Shown one piece after another: positions 22,868 to 37,997 of a stretch of 64,000 nt of DNA (position 1 is the first letter of the stretch; every line of letters begins with the position of its first letter). Position numbers and translations under genes: made by a program. Under the pieces are notes generated by a model that was not told the origin of the DNA, made no database searches, and saw nothing but the letters and a program-made list of their open reading frames with translations. The DNA comes from Negativicutes bacterium (GTDB lineage: Bacteria; Bacillota; Negativicutes; UBA1444). The stretch spans positions 448,001-512,000 of the forward strand of contig CAXXIN010000007.1 of the NCBI GenBank assembly GCA_963665275.2, given 5' to 3'.

Positions 22868-22983
22868 ACCGGCGACGACCTACTCTCCCAGGCCGTTTCC
22901 AACCAAGTACCCTCGGCGCATGGGGGCTTAACTGCCGTGTTCGGGATGGGAACGGGTGGAACCCCCCAGCCATCATCACCGGA
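22868..22983 (-). rRNA. rrf: 5S rRNA
   Basis: Conserved CCCATCCCGAACAC and GGGAGAGTAGGTCGTCGCC on the minus strand. Confidence 0.95.
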
Positions 22984-23044
22984 TATAGAGGGATGTACCC
23001 TCACAACTGCATAGAAGAGGAACTTGTAAACAAAGGGTGTGCGA

Positions 23045-25970
<2,926 letters not shown>

Positions 25971-26086
25971 TCATCTTTTGATCCACCCTCGGCAGGATAG
26001 ATCAAAAGCTCACTTTTCTTCGCTTTACTTATTGCCTCTTCTTATGCAGTTGTCAAGGTGCATCTGAGTGGAACAAAAAAATAAGA

Positions 26087-26162
26087 TGGTGGAGACAAGG
26101 AGGATCGAACTCCTGACCTCCTGCTTGCAAGGCAGGCGCTCTCCCAGCTGAGCTATGCCCCC
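26087..26162 (-). tRNA. tRNA-Ala(TGC)
   Basis: GGGGGCATAGCTCAGCTGGGAGAGCGCCTGCCTTGCAAGCAGG...TTCGATCC...CCA. Confidence 0.97.
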
Positions 26163-26168
26163 ATAAGT

Positions 26169-26245
<77 letters not shown>

Positions 26246-26370
26246 GCTTTGTGCCCTATTTTTAGTTCCCTCAAAACTGAACAAAGAGTGGATACGGCCG
26301 AGATAAGTCTCGCGTTTATCCGTGAGCTGCATCTTAGCGTGGTGTGGCAGTGTCATCTGCCGGGTCTCCA

Positions 26371-27919
<1,549 letters not shown>

Positions 27920-28009
27920 TAATTTATGAAAGAGCTGATTGCTCATTCAAACTTGGCTTCTTATTTTCGCCCTGCTTTCACAGGGCCCACGCTATTTCTT
28001 GCTCTCTTT

Positions 28010-28081
28010 GTTCAGTTTTCAAGGAACTCGCTGTCTCTCGACGGCTTGTATATATTAACACGACCGCCAAGGGGGTGTCAA
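28010..28081 (-). promoter_or_regulatory. rrn promoter and boxA/processing stem
   Basis: TTGACA (28081-28076), extended -10 TGtTAATAT (28060-28052), and GTTCCTTGAAAACTGAAC, which is complementary to the spacer sequence after the 16S. Confidence 0.75.
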
Positions 28082-28100
28082 CACCCCTTTTGAACTTTTT

Positions 28101-29048
28101 TCACAAAAACTTTTTGACCGCTGATCCGTTCAGATAAGTACAGCGTTTCCCCTGCCATGTGTCCAATTCCGCCATCCGCTTTTCGATACTCTCCCGGATC
28201 CGCCACCAACCCTTGCTCCAGTTAGTGAACAGCGTGTTTTCCTCCGGCGCCCGCCCGATCAGTCGCTGCAGGGCGATGTCCGGTGAAAGGTGCTCCAGAA
28301 AAGCGACGGCGCGTTCCACATACTCCTCGCAGCTTCCCAGTTCCACTTCTCCCGCTTCATACATCTGGGCCAACCGAGTGCCTTTCACCACATAGAGCGC
28401 GTGCAGCTTCACCTGCTCCACCTTTAAAGCCGACAATATCTTGGCGCCCTCAACAACGTCAATCATTGCGTCGCCCGGCAGATTCAGAATCATGTGCGCG
28501 CATACACCGATCCCCAGTCGCGAAGCCCTGAGCGTCGCGTCGATAAATTCCGCCAGGCCATGCCCGCGGTTGATCCAGGCCAGCGTTCGATAATTGACGG
28601 TTTGCAACCCCAGCTCCAGGGTGATATCCACTCCCCGTCGCTCGCGCAGCTCCGCAAGAATTTCCAGGTAACGATCATTCACGCAGTCGGGCCGCGTCGC
28701 TACCGCCACTCCCACGATATCCGGCTGGCAGGCTTCCTCCACCAACGCCGCGAATTGCTCAGGCGGCAGGTAGGTGTTCGAAAAATTCTGCAGATAGGCA
28801 ATGAATTTCCCGGCTTTGTATTTCCCTTCTATATGAAGACGATTAGCTGCGATCTGCTCCGTCACCGTCATCGTGTCAGGCAGGTTCTCATAACCGGCGC
28901 CGATGACCCCGCAAAATATACAGCCGCCGATCCCGCACGTTCCGTCCCGATTGGGGCAGGTCACCGGCAGAGCGACTGGCAGTTTATAAACCTTCTCGCC
29001 ATAGCGGCGTCGAAAAAAGTCAGAAATCATAAAATATCGCGAATTCAA
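28101..29048 (-). CDS. TIGR01212 (YhcC/YtqA) radical SAM protein
   Basis: TCPNRDGT...GGCIFC, ATRPDC, ELGLQT, INRGH and VKLHAL motifs. Confidence 0.88.
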   Translation of the reverse strand: MNSRYFMISDFFRRRYGEKVYKLPVALPVTCPNRDGTCGIGGCIFCGVIGAGYENLPDTMTVTEQIAANRLHIEGKYKAGKFIAYLQNFSNTYLPPEQFAALVEEACQPDIVGVAVATRPDCVNDRYLEILAELRERRGVDITLELGLQTVNYRTLAWINRGHGLAEFIDATLRASRLGIGVCAHMILNLPGDAMIDVVEGAKILSALKVEQVKLHALYVVKGTRLAQMYEAGEVELGSCEEYVERAVAFLEHLSPDIALQRLIGRAPEENTLFTNWSKGWWRIRESIEKRMAELDTWQGKRCTYLNGSAVKKFL

Positions 29049-30805
29049 TTTTCATCCTCCATCGGCAATTCATCCGGTGTCAATACATGCCACACGGGTC
29101 TTTTTAGTTCGGTGTTGAACAATACCGGCGTCAGCGCATTATCCGCCCATTCGCCGGTTGCAATCCATTGCGGCACATTTGCATTGAAAACCTCGACCGG
29201 GTACTTGCGTTTTACATCCCGCCAGTTCGTAAAGTAGTAGTGCGAGATATAACGGCGCACCAGACTTTCATTCTTCCAGAAAGCGGATTTAGGCCGTTCC
29301 CAGCGATCACGGTTCCAATCCAGCGCCTCGCCTTTCAACGCGCCGGATGTATCCAGCAGAGTATCGAACTTCAACAACTCTTTCACCCTCGCATGCTGCT
29401 CTGCAGATAAATTTTCGGCAAAGCGCAGCAGCAGCGACAGAACACCCTCCGGGCTGTGAGATTTTCCTGAAAACCCCTGACGATCCCACCAATTGGATAG
29501 TTCATTGTAAAAATCGAATGCATTTCCAGCAAAGGCTGTCGTCAAATAGGACAACGTATACACGAACCGGCCGCTGTTATAAGTTTGGTTGAATACTTCC
29601 TCGAGTAATTTTAACTGACGCACTTCTTTATAAGAGAGAAAGTTATTAGCCAAAATCTCATAAGGAGGATGATCCAGAACTACATATCCATATTCCAGCG
29701 CTTCCTGCCGAATTTTCGTGCCAGGCAATAATTTGAGGAAACCGATCTGAAGCATGTCCGGTTTCAACGCATATACATCATTGAATGACTGTCGGAAACG
29801 ATGCCAATTTTCGTACGGCAGACCGACGATCAAGTCCAGATGAAGATGAATGTTGCCGGTTCGCAGCAAGCTCCGCACATTTTCCTGCAACCGCCCCCAT
29901 GCATTGCTGCGTCCGATGGCAAGCAAAGTTTCCTCACAAGTCGATTGTACACCGATTTCAAACTGGAACCGGCCCAGCACGACGCCGGCCAGCCAGTCTA
30001 TATCTTCCCTGCTCAAAAGATCGGCCACGATTTCGAAATGAAAATCCGTCGAACCGGCCTCTGCAGAAATAAACCGCCATATCTTCCGGTAATATTCAGG
30101 GTTTACGTTAAAAGTCCGGTCGACGAATTTCACTTGCTTGACACCTTGCTGGATAAAAAAACGAAGCTCTGCGATAACCTTCTCTACGCTGCGGTAACGG
30201 ACGCCGCAAGTAGTCGATGACACGCAATAAGAGCAGGAAAAAGGGCACCCTCGGGAACTTTCATAATAAATGATGCGGTTTGCCAGTCCGGGCATCATCT
30301 CAGCCTGATAGGGAAACGGCAAATTGTCGAGGTTGCCAACCAATCGGACGCCGCCGTTGGTTTCTATCTCCCCATCGTTGCGGATCGCTATCCCTTTCAC
30401 TTTGGTGGGATCGGCGCCGTGAGCAAGTTTCGTCAACAACTCCGGCACACTTTCCTCGCCTTCTCCCTGCACCACGAAATCCACCGATGGGTTTTGACGC
30501 AATATTGTCGCGGCATCACCGGACGCTTCGGGGCCACCGATAACAATCGCGACTTCCGGCAGCACTTTTTTCAACGCCGCTGTTATCTTTAAAACCATTT
30601 CACGATTCCAGATATAGCAGACGATCCCGACGACTGTTGGTTCGCACCCGACAATATCGCCCAATATATAAAGCAATTCCTGATTAATGGTGTATTCCAC
30701 CACTTCGCCCTCATGGCCCAGGTCATGACAAGATGCCTGGAGTGAATACAACGCCAGCGAAGAATGAATATATTTCGCGTTAAGTCCAACGAACAAGATT
30801 TTCAA
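29045..30805 (-). CDS. B12-binding radical SAM protein (DUF4080-type C-terminus)
   Basis: NAKYIHSSLA, IGGPE, GEGEE, ESSRGCPFSCSYC, FVDRTFN and HLDLIVGLP. ATGA overlap with the next gene. Confidence 0.88.
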   Translation of the reverse strand: MKILFVGLNAKYIHSSLALYSLQASCHDLGHEGEVVEYTINQELLYILGDIVGCEPTVVGIVCYIWNREMVLKITAALKKVLPEVAIVIGGPEASGDAATILRQNPSVDFVVQGEGEESVPELLTKLAHGADPTKVKGIAIRNDGEIETNGGVRLVGNLDNLPFPYQAEMMPGLANRIIYYESSRGCPFSCSYCVSSTTCGVRYRSVEKVIAELRFFIQQGVKQVKFVDRTFNVNPEYYRKIWRFISAEAGSTDFHFEIVADLLSREDIDWLAGVVLGRFQFEIGVQSTCEETLLAIGRSNAWGRLQENVRSLLRTGNIHLHLDLIVGLPYENWHRFRQSFNDVYALKPDMLQIGFLKLLPGTKIRQEALEYGYVVLDHPPYEILANNFLSYKEVRQLKLLEEVFNQTYNSGRFVYTLSYLTTAFAGNAFDFYNELSNWWDRQGFSGKSHSPEGVLSLLLRFAENLSAEQHARVKELLKFDTLLDTSGALKGEALDWNRDRWERPKSAFWKNESLVRRYISHYYFTNWRDVKRKYPVEVFNANVPQWIATGEWADNALTPVLFNTELKRPVWHVLTPDELPMEDEN

Positions 30806-30914
30806 GCCTTATCCTCCCGCATCCGGTAATAGCCTTTTTCATCAGCCTGTATTATCATTATATTATATACTGAAACAAGATAAGCAAAGTAACACAAAAG
30901 GAGTGTAACCATTC

Positions 30915-32795
30915 ATGCGCAAAAACCAATCTCCCTTTTTCGCCCTGCTGGTCGGTGCCATGCTATTCTCATGCACCAGCGGAGAATCCGCCGAAGCGTC
31001 AAAGCTGCCGGCACGAAACGAGGTCCCGACGGAATCCCGCTGGAAGCTCGAAGATATTTATGCCTCAGACGACGCCTGGAAAAGCGATTTTGACCGTCTG
31101 AAGCCCATGGCTGCTCAAATTGCCGCCTATCAAGGAAAGTTGGACACATCCGCCGAAACATTGCTGGAATGTCTCACGCTGCGTGACGAACTCGGCATCA
31201 CCAGCGGCAAGGTTTTCGCCTACGCCCGCATGAGACGCGATGAAGATACCGCCAACAGCAATTATCAGGCGATGACCAGCCGCACCGAAAGTCTGCTGGC
31301 TGAAGTGGGCGCCGCAACCGCCTTCATTGAACCCAACATTTTATCGATGCCTGCCGAAAAGCTGACCGCATTCCGCCAGAGCGAGCCCAAGCTAGCTCCT
31401 TATGCCTTTTACTTTGAAAACCTATTGCGGCAGCAAAAACATGTCCTTTCACCCGCCGAAGAAGCATTGCTCTCAAAAATGTCGGAAGTCGGCCAATCCT
31501 CTGAAAATATCTTCACGATGCTCGCCCGGGCTGACATGAAATTCCCTGAAGTAAAAGATGATAAAGGAAATATGGTGCAGCTTAGCGAAGGCCGTTACCG
31601 CACGTTCGTGATGTCGCCGAACCGCAGTGTCCGACAAGAAGCCTTCCAAAAGCTCTTCGCCACTTATGCACAGTACCGCAACACGTTCGCGTCAACCCTT
31701 GGCGGCACTGTCAAGAAAAACATGTTCTACGCCAGCGCCCGCAAATACGACTCCGCGATAGCGGCGGCGCTGGAATCCGATAATGTACCGGTTTCCGTCT
31801 ATGACCGCCTGATCGGGACAGTCAACGAAAACCTCGCGCCGTTGCATCGCTATGTCGCCTTAAAGAAAAAAGCCCTCCAGCTCAGCGAAATGCACATGTA
31901 CGACCTCTATGTCCCACTCGTTCCTGATGCTCACATCGCGATGACTTATGATGAAGCACGTGCACTTGTAAAGCAAGGCCTCACACCCTTGGGCGATGAG
32001 TATGGCAAAGTGCTGGACAAGGCGATGTCTTCGCGTTGGATCGACATCTACGAGAATCAGGGGAAACAGAGCGGCGCTTACTCCTGGGGAGTCTACGGCA
32101 CACACCCCTTCATCCTGTTGAATTTCAGCAACCGCCTGGAAGATGCCATGACCCTGGCGCACGAACTAGGACACTCCATGCACAGCTATTACACCAATTC
32201 AACACAACCTTATGCCACTCACGACTACACCATTTTCTCCGCTGAAGTCGCCTCCACCACCAACGAAACCCTGTTGCTAGACCACCTGATGAAAACAACC
32301 ACCGACCGCAGAAAGAAAATGTATCTGCTCAACGAATATCTCGAATCCGTTCGTACCACAGTGTTCCGGCAAGCCATGTTCTCTGAATTTGAAAGAGATC
32401 TTTACGCCCATGCAGAAAGCGGCGAAGCCATTACCGCCGACACGCTGGATGCCATGTGGCACGACCTGAACATCAAGTACTACGGACCTCAGATCATTGT
32501 CGACAAGGAAATTGACGCCGAATGGTCCCGGATCCCCCACTTCTATTACAACTTCTATGTCTATCAGTACGTCACCGGCTTCTCGGCAGCCAATGCGCTT
32601 GCTTCCCAGATTCTCACCGACGGTGACCCCGCCCGCGAACGTTACCTCAACTTCCTGAAGAGCGGCGGTTCGGACTACTCGATCGAATTACTCAAAAAAG
32701 CCGGCGTGGACATGTCTTCGCCCGATCCGATCAAAATCACCATTCAGCGCTTTGAAAGCAGGTTGGATGAACTTGAGAAACTACTGCAGGAGTAG
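30915..32795 (+). CDS. pepF: Oligoendopeptidase F (M3B) with N-terminal signal peptide
   Basis: WKLEDIY, GKQSGAYS, HELGHSMH, AEVAST and WSRIPHFY motifs. Confidence 0.92.
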   Translation: MRKNQSPFFALLVGAMLFSCTSGESAEASKLPARNEVPTESRWKLEDIYASDDAWKSDFDRLKPMAAQIAAYQGKLDTSAETLLECLTLRDELGITSGKVFAYARMRRDEDTANSNYQAMTSRTESLLAEVGAATAFIEPNILSMPAEKLTAFRQSEPKLAPYAFYFENLLRQQKHVLSPAEEALLSKMSEVGQSSENIFTMLARADMKFPEVKDDKGNMVQLSEGRYRTFVMSPNRSVRQEAFQKLFATYAQYRNTFASTLGGTVKKNMFYASARKYDSAIAAALESDNVPVSVYDRLIGTVNENLAPLHRYVALKKKALQLSEMHMYDLYVPLVPDAHIAMTYDEARALVKQGLTPLGDEYGKVLDKAMSSRWIDIYENQGKQSGAYSWGVYGTHPFILLNFSNRLEDAMTLAHELGHSMHSYYTNSTQPYATHDYTIFSAEVASTTNETLLLDHLMKTTTDRRKKMYLLNEYLESVRTTVFRQAMFSEFERDLYAHAESGEAITADTLDAMWHDLNIKYYGPQIIVDKEIDAEWSRIPHFYYNFYVYQYVTGFSAANALASQILTDGDPARERYLNFLKSGGSDYSIELLKKAGVDMSSPDPIKITIQRFESRLDELEKLLQE

Positions 32796-32853
32796 TACCC
32801 TTTACCCGCAGTTGCGAAGATTTACTGCGATGAATTAAATGCCACCCTACATG

Positions 32854-32906
32854 AAAATTCAAGGCCTTCGATGGAATCAAATCCGCCGAAGGCCTTGAAT
32901 TTTTTT
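32854..32906. terminator. Bidirectional terminator between pepF and uxaC
   Basis: AAAATTCAAGGCCTTCG/CGAAGGCCTTGAATTTT. Confidence 0.8.
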
Positions 32907-32917
32907 CAAAACAAGTA

Positions 32918-34165
32918 TTATTTTCGTTCGAGGAAACGCCAGAAATTATTAGAGAACAAATCTGCGACATCCTTGCGAATTTCTTCTTCAGTGAACTCCC
33001 AGCCTGTATCCATCACGTCCAGGTATTTCTCCGCCAGAATTCCGCCAATCAGACGGCGCGAATGATCCCATTTATAGATCAACTGATCCAGAACCCGGGC
33101 GTCCGAGTGTTGCGGCACAAAACTAAGTCCCAGCAGCTCAAACCGCATCCGGGTCATCTTGTCGATGATGGACGGATTGTTGAGGAACCACCAGCAGCCG
33201 AACACCATCAGGTTGCGGAATTTGCGTGCGGCAACCGCCAGTTCATGCTGATTTTCCAAGGCCAGCATCGTAACCAAAAATTTATTGGCGGGATATTTTT
33301 GACAGAGATAGGTGACTGTGCCGATATCGGATTTTGCCACGGCGTCACCAGCATCACCCAGTCCCGGATTTACTCTCTTGGTAACCCCGATCATCATCGC
33401 GAAGGGTTTGTTAAGTTCACGGCATACCGGCAGCACACATTCTTCGACGACTCTCGACCGGAGAGACTCCTCCGGCACACGGAAGGTCGGGGGCAGCGAC
33501 GCGGCTACGTAAAGTGCATCCATCTTCAGCATCCATTCTTTCAGAAACCGTTTGATTTCGCTTACGCTCTCGCCGCTCAATTTTGCATCGACCGCATATC
33601 CCCATTCCCGCAGTCGGGCCATGGCCGACTCTTCAAGATTCAATAGGGGATCAATCCGGAGCGCAGCTTTGAAACGGGGATCAAGCTTCGGCCCGGCGCT
33701 CCAGACGTCAAATTCCTGTGGGTTGAACAGGTCGTTGGTCATCACCACTTCTTTGACACCGGCTTTTTCAAAGACGATATCGATGTATTCGTTGACGCTT
33801 TTGCCTTCGCAGTAGCGGCGGGTGCCGGCGAGGTCGCGGGAACGCACATCCTGTCCCAGCTTGGACATAACGGTCAGAACACCCCGTTGAGCTTCACTGA
33901 TCGGTGAGCGATCAAGGAACAGAGTTTTCCAGATCAGATCCGCCTGCTGGCGTTTGGGCATAGAAAAATATTCTTCGTAAGACCGGCCATCATAGCGGAA
34001 GGTCTCAGCTATCAGATAATGATATGTTACCAGTTCATCCACACCCCATAGCAACAGATCACCGAACGCCGGTGGATAGATATGGGTGTGCACGTCCGTA
34101 ATCGGCGTCTCCCGCAGAATTTTTCCTACAACCTGTGCCATTTCTTCCCGTTTGACTTGTTTCAT
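32918..34165 (-). CDS. uxaC: Uronate isomerase, divergent Bh0493-type
   Basis: DVHTH, YHYLIAE, FGCWWFLN and PQHSDARVLDQLIYKW motifs. Confidence 0.85.
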   Translation of the reverse strand: MKQVKREEMAQVVGKILRETPITDVHTHIYPPAFGDLLLWGVDELVTYHYLIAETFRYDGRSYEEYFSMPKRQQADLIWKTLFLDRSPISEAQRGVLTVMSKLGQDVRSRDLAGTRRYCEGKSVNEYIDIVFEKAGVKEVVMTNDLFNPQEFDVWSAGPKLDPRFKAALRIDPLLNLEESAMARLREWGYAVDAKLSGESVSEIKRFLKEWMLKMDALYVAASLPPTFRVPEESLRSRVVEECVLPVCRELNKPFAMMIGVTKRVNPGLGDAGDAVAKSDIGTVTYLCQKYPANKFLVTMLALENQHELAVAARKFRNLMVFGCWWFLNNPSIIDKMTRMRFELLGLSFVPQHSDARVLDQLIYKWDHSRRLIGGILAEKYLDVMDTGWEFTEEEIRKDVADLFSNNFWRFLERK

Positions 34166-34295
34166 TCTATATGCCTCCCAACTTTAGCTGATATTTGGAA
34201 TTTTTAGAACCTTATTCCTTAGTATTATTTCGCCTCCAGGAACTTAATTCCTCCCCGAAATCGCAAGAAACCGAGTCACGAAAAAGCATTACCGT

Positions 34296-35189
34296 TCATT
34301 CCTGCCGCCTACTGAGCAGTGAGGAAGATCCCACTTCGTGTTGAATCAGATTGCGGGAGGCTGATTCCAAAGTCCCAGCATAACAGTAAGCACAGCCATG
34401 CAGGCAAGTGTCATAAACCCCGATGTCTTTGCTTTTTACGCAGCCGCACTGTTGACGCTGGGATTTGTCTTTTTCCCTTGACACGCGTATCCCGAATAAT
34501 TCAAAGATCAGATCATCATCGATGCATTTGCCTGGCACTATTCCAAAAGAGGACAAATCTATTATTTCAGCACAACTATTAATTTGGAGCTTCGCGGCGC
34601 GGACTTGTTGGCTCATGGCGGTACAGAGTTTTTTCAGTTGATCTGCGTCCGGGTCCTTTTGCACTTCAATCTTCTGGGCTAACAAACGGCGAAAATTGAT
34701 TGCAGCTTTGCGATAATCGTCCACGATACTGATTGTTATCCTGTGGGTAGCGCCCTTAAGCCGCTCCAAAATATAGGCAAATCGTTCCTGATGATATTGC
34801 ACATCCGTCAGGTTGCTGAAAATGACCGGATCGTAGCGCCAGATCACTTTTCCCGGTCCGATCCGCGCCGATAATTCCAGGAAGGTCTCGATGCATGCCT
34901 CCAGTTGCGGCACATGGGGCTCAAAAGATTTGCCGTATCCGTTGAGGGTATATTGAAAATAGTAGCGATGCCCCAGCGCGTCCAGTTCATCCAGGTGCGA
35001 CAGGAAAGGCCCGGCATTTTTGGTCCAGAACACCATTGCTTCCACATCATCAGGCAACAATGACACTCGCGACACTTGGTTGCGGTTAAAAGGGTTTGCC
35101 ACTGTGCAGTACTTCTCACGAATCCGCTGCATGAACCAGTCGGCGTAAAATGCCGGAATATCGGTACGGCGACTGACGCTGATTATCAC
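34296..35189 (-). CDS. DUF1848 domain protein (spore photoproduct lyase-like Fe-S protein)
   Basis: MIISVSRRTDIPAFY, FWTKN, WRYDP and C-terminal CGC...DIG.YDTCLHGCAYCYA. Confidence 0.88.
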   Translation of the reverse strand: MIISVSRRTDIPAFYADWFMQRIREKYCTVANPFNRNQVSRVSLLPDDVEAMVFWTKNAGPFLSHLDELDALGHRYYFQYTLNGYGKSFEPHVPQLEACIETFLELSARIGPGKVIWRYDPVIFSNLTDVQYHQERFAYILERLKGATHRITISIVDDYRKAAINFRRLLAQKIEVQKDPDADQLKKLCTAMSQQVRAAKLQINSCAEIIDLSSFGIVPGKCIDDDLIFELFGIRVSREKDKSQRQQCGCVKSKDIGVYDTCLHGCAYCYAGTLESASRNLIQHEVGSSSLLSRRQE

Positions 35190-35322
35190 AGGCCTTTCCT
35201 CCGTTTACTAATAAATCATTCATTGCTATAAAGGTATTTTTCCCACTATAGAAAAAGATCCCGGCGATTACTCACCGGGGTTCACCGCAGCATTATCGCC
35301 TTGTCGCATTAAATGCGGGGTA

Positions 35323-36144
35323 TTACCCCTGAAATTGGTTGTTGGCCCACAGACCTCTTTTCACTGTGCCATCGATGGAAGTAAACGTACCAAAGCCTTC
35401 TAATTGGCCATCAACAAACCCGCCTACATATCGGCGGCCATCGGGCCAACGATATGTACCCCGGCCAGTCCGTTGGTTTTCTACGAAATCCCCGTCATAG
35501 CGTTCTCCGTTGGCCCAGATAAATGTTCCCCGGCCATGTTGCTTGTTGTCCACCCAATCGCCTTCGTATCGGTTGCCAACGGCCCAGATGTAAGCCCCCT
35601 TGCCGTTACGCTCATCATTGATGTAGGCGCCTTCATAACGGTCGCCGCCCGCCCAAGTATACACGCCTTTACCACTTTGTTTATCGTTGACATATTCGCC
35701 TTCATAGCGGTTGCCGTTGACCAGCGTCAATATTCCCCGGCCATTGCGCTTATCTCCAACATAAATCCCTTCAAAACGGTCCCCGTTGGACCAGGTGAAA
35801 ACGCCCTTTCCTTCCTTTACTCCGTCAACATAGCTGCCCTCATAGCGATTGCCGTTTCCCCAGATGTATTTTCCCCGGCCGGCAGCCAGGCCACCAACCA
35901 TATTTCCTTCATACCGGTCAACGACTTCCCCTTCACGAAACCACTGCAACGTACCCCGTCCCGCAGCATATCCGCCGGCATCTACACCGCCGGACCATGT
36001 GACTTTTTCGTACGATTGCGGATGATTGTTCCAGACTTTGCCGCCTTTGTCGGTAATGACCCAGTTTTCTCCAGCCGCTGCAATCCCGAGCAAAGCCAGA
36101 AAAATCACGATCGTGAGCAAGCTCAACCGCGTAAAGAATTTCAT
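35323..36144 (-). CDS. Exported MORN-repeat protein
   Basis: Signal peptide plus eight full 23-aa YEG..GxG..W.NG repeats. Confidence 0.88.
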   Translation of the reverse strand: MKFFTRLSLLTIVIFLALLGIAAAGENWVITDKGGKVWNNHPQSYEKVTWSGGVDAGGYAAGRGTLQWFREGEVVDRYEGNMVGGLAAGRGKYIWGNGNRYEGSYVDGVKEGKGVFTWSNGDRFEGIYVGDKRNGRGILTLVNGNRYEGEYVNDKQSGKGVYTWAGGDRYEGAYINDERNGKGAYIWAVGNRYEGDWVDNKQHGRGTFIWANGERYDGDFVENQRTGRGTYRWPDGRRYVGGFVDGQLEGFGTFTSIDGTVKRGLWANNQFQG

Positions 36145-36471
36145 TTAGAGAAAATCCGCCCGGGGAGGTGTAAAGGCATCAATGATCACCGAATCGTCTT
36201 CTAACGCCACTACTCCATGAAGCACATTTTTTTTCGCGTAATAAGTATCGCCAACCAACGCTGTACGAACTTCTCCATCAATATTGATTTCGAAACTGCC
36301 TTTGGCTATGTAGCCGACCTGCTCGTGTTCAGCATGTCTATGCGGGGCTCCAACACCGCCTTTTTGGAACCGGAACTCTACAAGCATGAGGGCCGGTCCG
36401 TGAATCAGAACTCGTCGGGTTGATTTGTCGCTGGTCGGCATCACACTCGTGCTGGCATAATCTACAATCAC
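36145..36471 (-). CDS. Cupin domain protein, KdgF-like
   Basis: PHRH..HEQVGY, HGVVALE and IDAFTPPRADFL. RBS AAGGAG and GTG start. Confidence 0.8.
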   Translation of the reverse strand: MIVDYASTSVMPTSDKSTRRVLIHGPALMLVEFRFQKGGVGAPHRHAEHEQVGYIAKGSFEINIDGEVRTALVGDTYYAKKNVLHGVVALEDDSVIIDAFTPPRADFL

Positions 36472-36494
36472 GAGAATCACTCCTTGAAAAAAAT

Positions 36495-37981
36495 TTACGT
36501 ATCCACAAACTCCATGACAGCGGCAGGCATCGATCCAATCTGGCATATTCCCTGATGTCGTGGTATTTTCTCCGCCAATCCCGCCAGTCCTGCCGGAACC
36601 CTCCAGCCAGTCCGCTTTGCCAAACGTTGTAACAATTCCAACGGTTCCTTGACCTCAGACGCTTCCGCATCACCTAAAGCCTGCAATACGCTGTCGGCAA
36701 ATTTGAAAGGACTCGCCGTACTCAAACCACTGTTGTAACGCTATCTTTTTGTAGGGCATCATAAGCCGCTGCCGCTTTCCAGGCCACAGCTGTATGCGGA
36801 TCCAGCAGATATTTTTCCTGTTCCCACACTTGGCGCACGATTTCGCGGGCTTCGGTCTCAGACGACCAGTCCGCCCAAAAAACTTTTTGAATCTCCACCA
36901 GAGTTGAAGCGTCAACTTCATACCGGCCTTTATGACTCAAATCCTCCATCCACCCTCTCACCCGCCCAGTGTCACCATCGGTCGCATGATACAGCAGACG
37001 TTCCAGATTGCTCGAAATGAGAATATCCATCGACGGAGAAATCGTCTGATGGAAAGGACGGTTACGGTCGTAAATACCGGTGCGCAAGAATTCCGTCAAG
37101 ACATTATTGTCGTTGGACGCACAAATCAGGCGATCAATCGGCAACCCCATTTTTTTCGCGTAATATCCCGCCAAAATGTTACCAAAATTCCCAGTCGGTA
37201 CGCAGAAATTAACGAGTTCGCCCTCAGCAATCTTCCCCTTGACGCACAAGGATTCATAAGCGCTGAAATAGTAAGCGATCTGAGGGGCCAAACGCCCCCA
37301 GTTGATTGAATTGGCCGAAGACAGTTTCAGGTGTTTTTGTGCGAGCAGTTCACGGGTGGCACTGTCAGCAAATATTCTTTTGACGCCAGTCTGAGCATCA
37401 TCAAAATTACCTTCAACGGCCATCACGCCGACATTATTCCCCTCTTGAGTAACCATTTGCCGGCGCTGCACCTCGCTTACACCCTCAGAAGGGTAAAAGA
37501 CCAATATGCTGGTTCCGGGAACATCCCGAAACCCCTCGAGCGCCGCTTTGCCAGTATCACCGGAAGTGGCGACCAGGATCAACATATCATTCGTTTCACC
37601 CGTTTTGCTCATCGCCAGGGTCAACAACCTTGGCATGATTTGCAAGGCCATATCCTTGAAAGCACTAGTCGGTCCATGCCAAAGTTCAAGTATAAATCGG
37701 TTCCCAACCGACACAAGAGGAGCAATCTCCGGAGCGTCAAAATTATCCGCGTACGCGGCAGAGGCGCATTGCAACAGTTCCTGCGCAGTATAGTCAGGCA
37801 AGAGGCAACCCAGCACTTCAGCCGCCAGAGTCACATAATCGGTCTGCCTTTCACTCATCCATCCGACCATGCTTGGCAGCTCCATCGGCACAAACAATCC
37901 CCCATCGCCGGCAATCCCGCTGCGGATAGCTTCAGCACCGGAACAGGTCTGCCCATTTCCGCGCGTACTTGTATATTTCAC
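36495..37981 (-). CDS. thrC: Threonine synthase, frameshift near 36723
   Basis: YTSTRG, LELWHGPTSAFKD, ATSGDTG, SANSINWGR, VPTGNFGN, SPSMDI and STASPFKF motifs. Confidence 0.92.
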
Positions 37982-37997
37982 AGACTCACTTCTCCCT

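Noticed and set aside
35400-35930. 69-bp periodicity as a CRISPR or DNA repeat array
   Set aside because: The periodicity comes from protein-level MORN repeats. There are no identical repeats with spacers and no cas genes.
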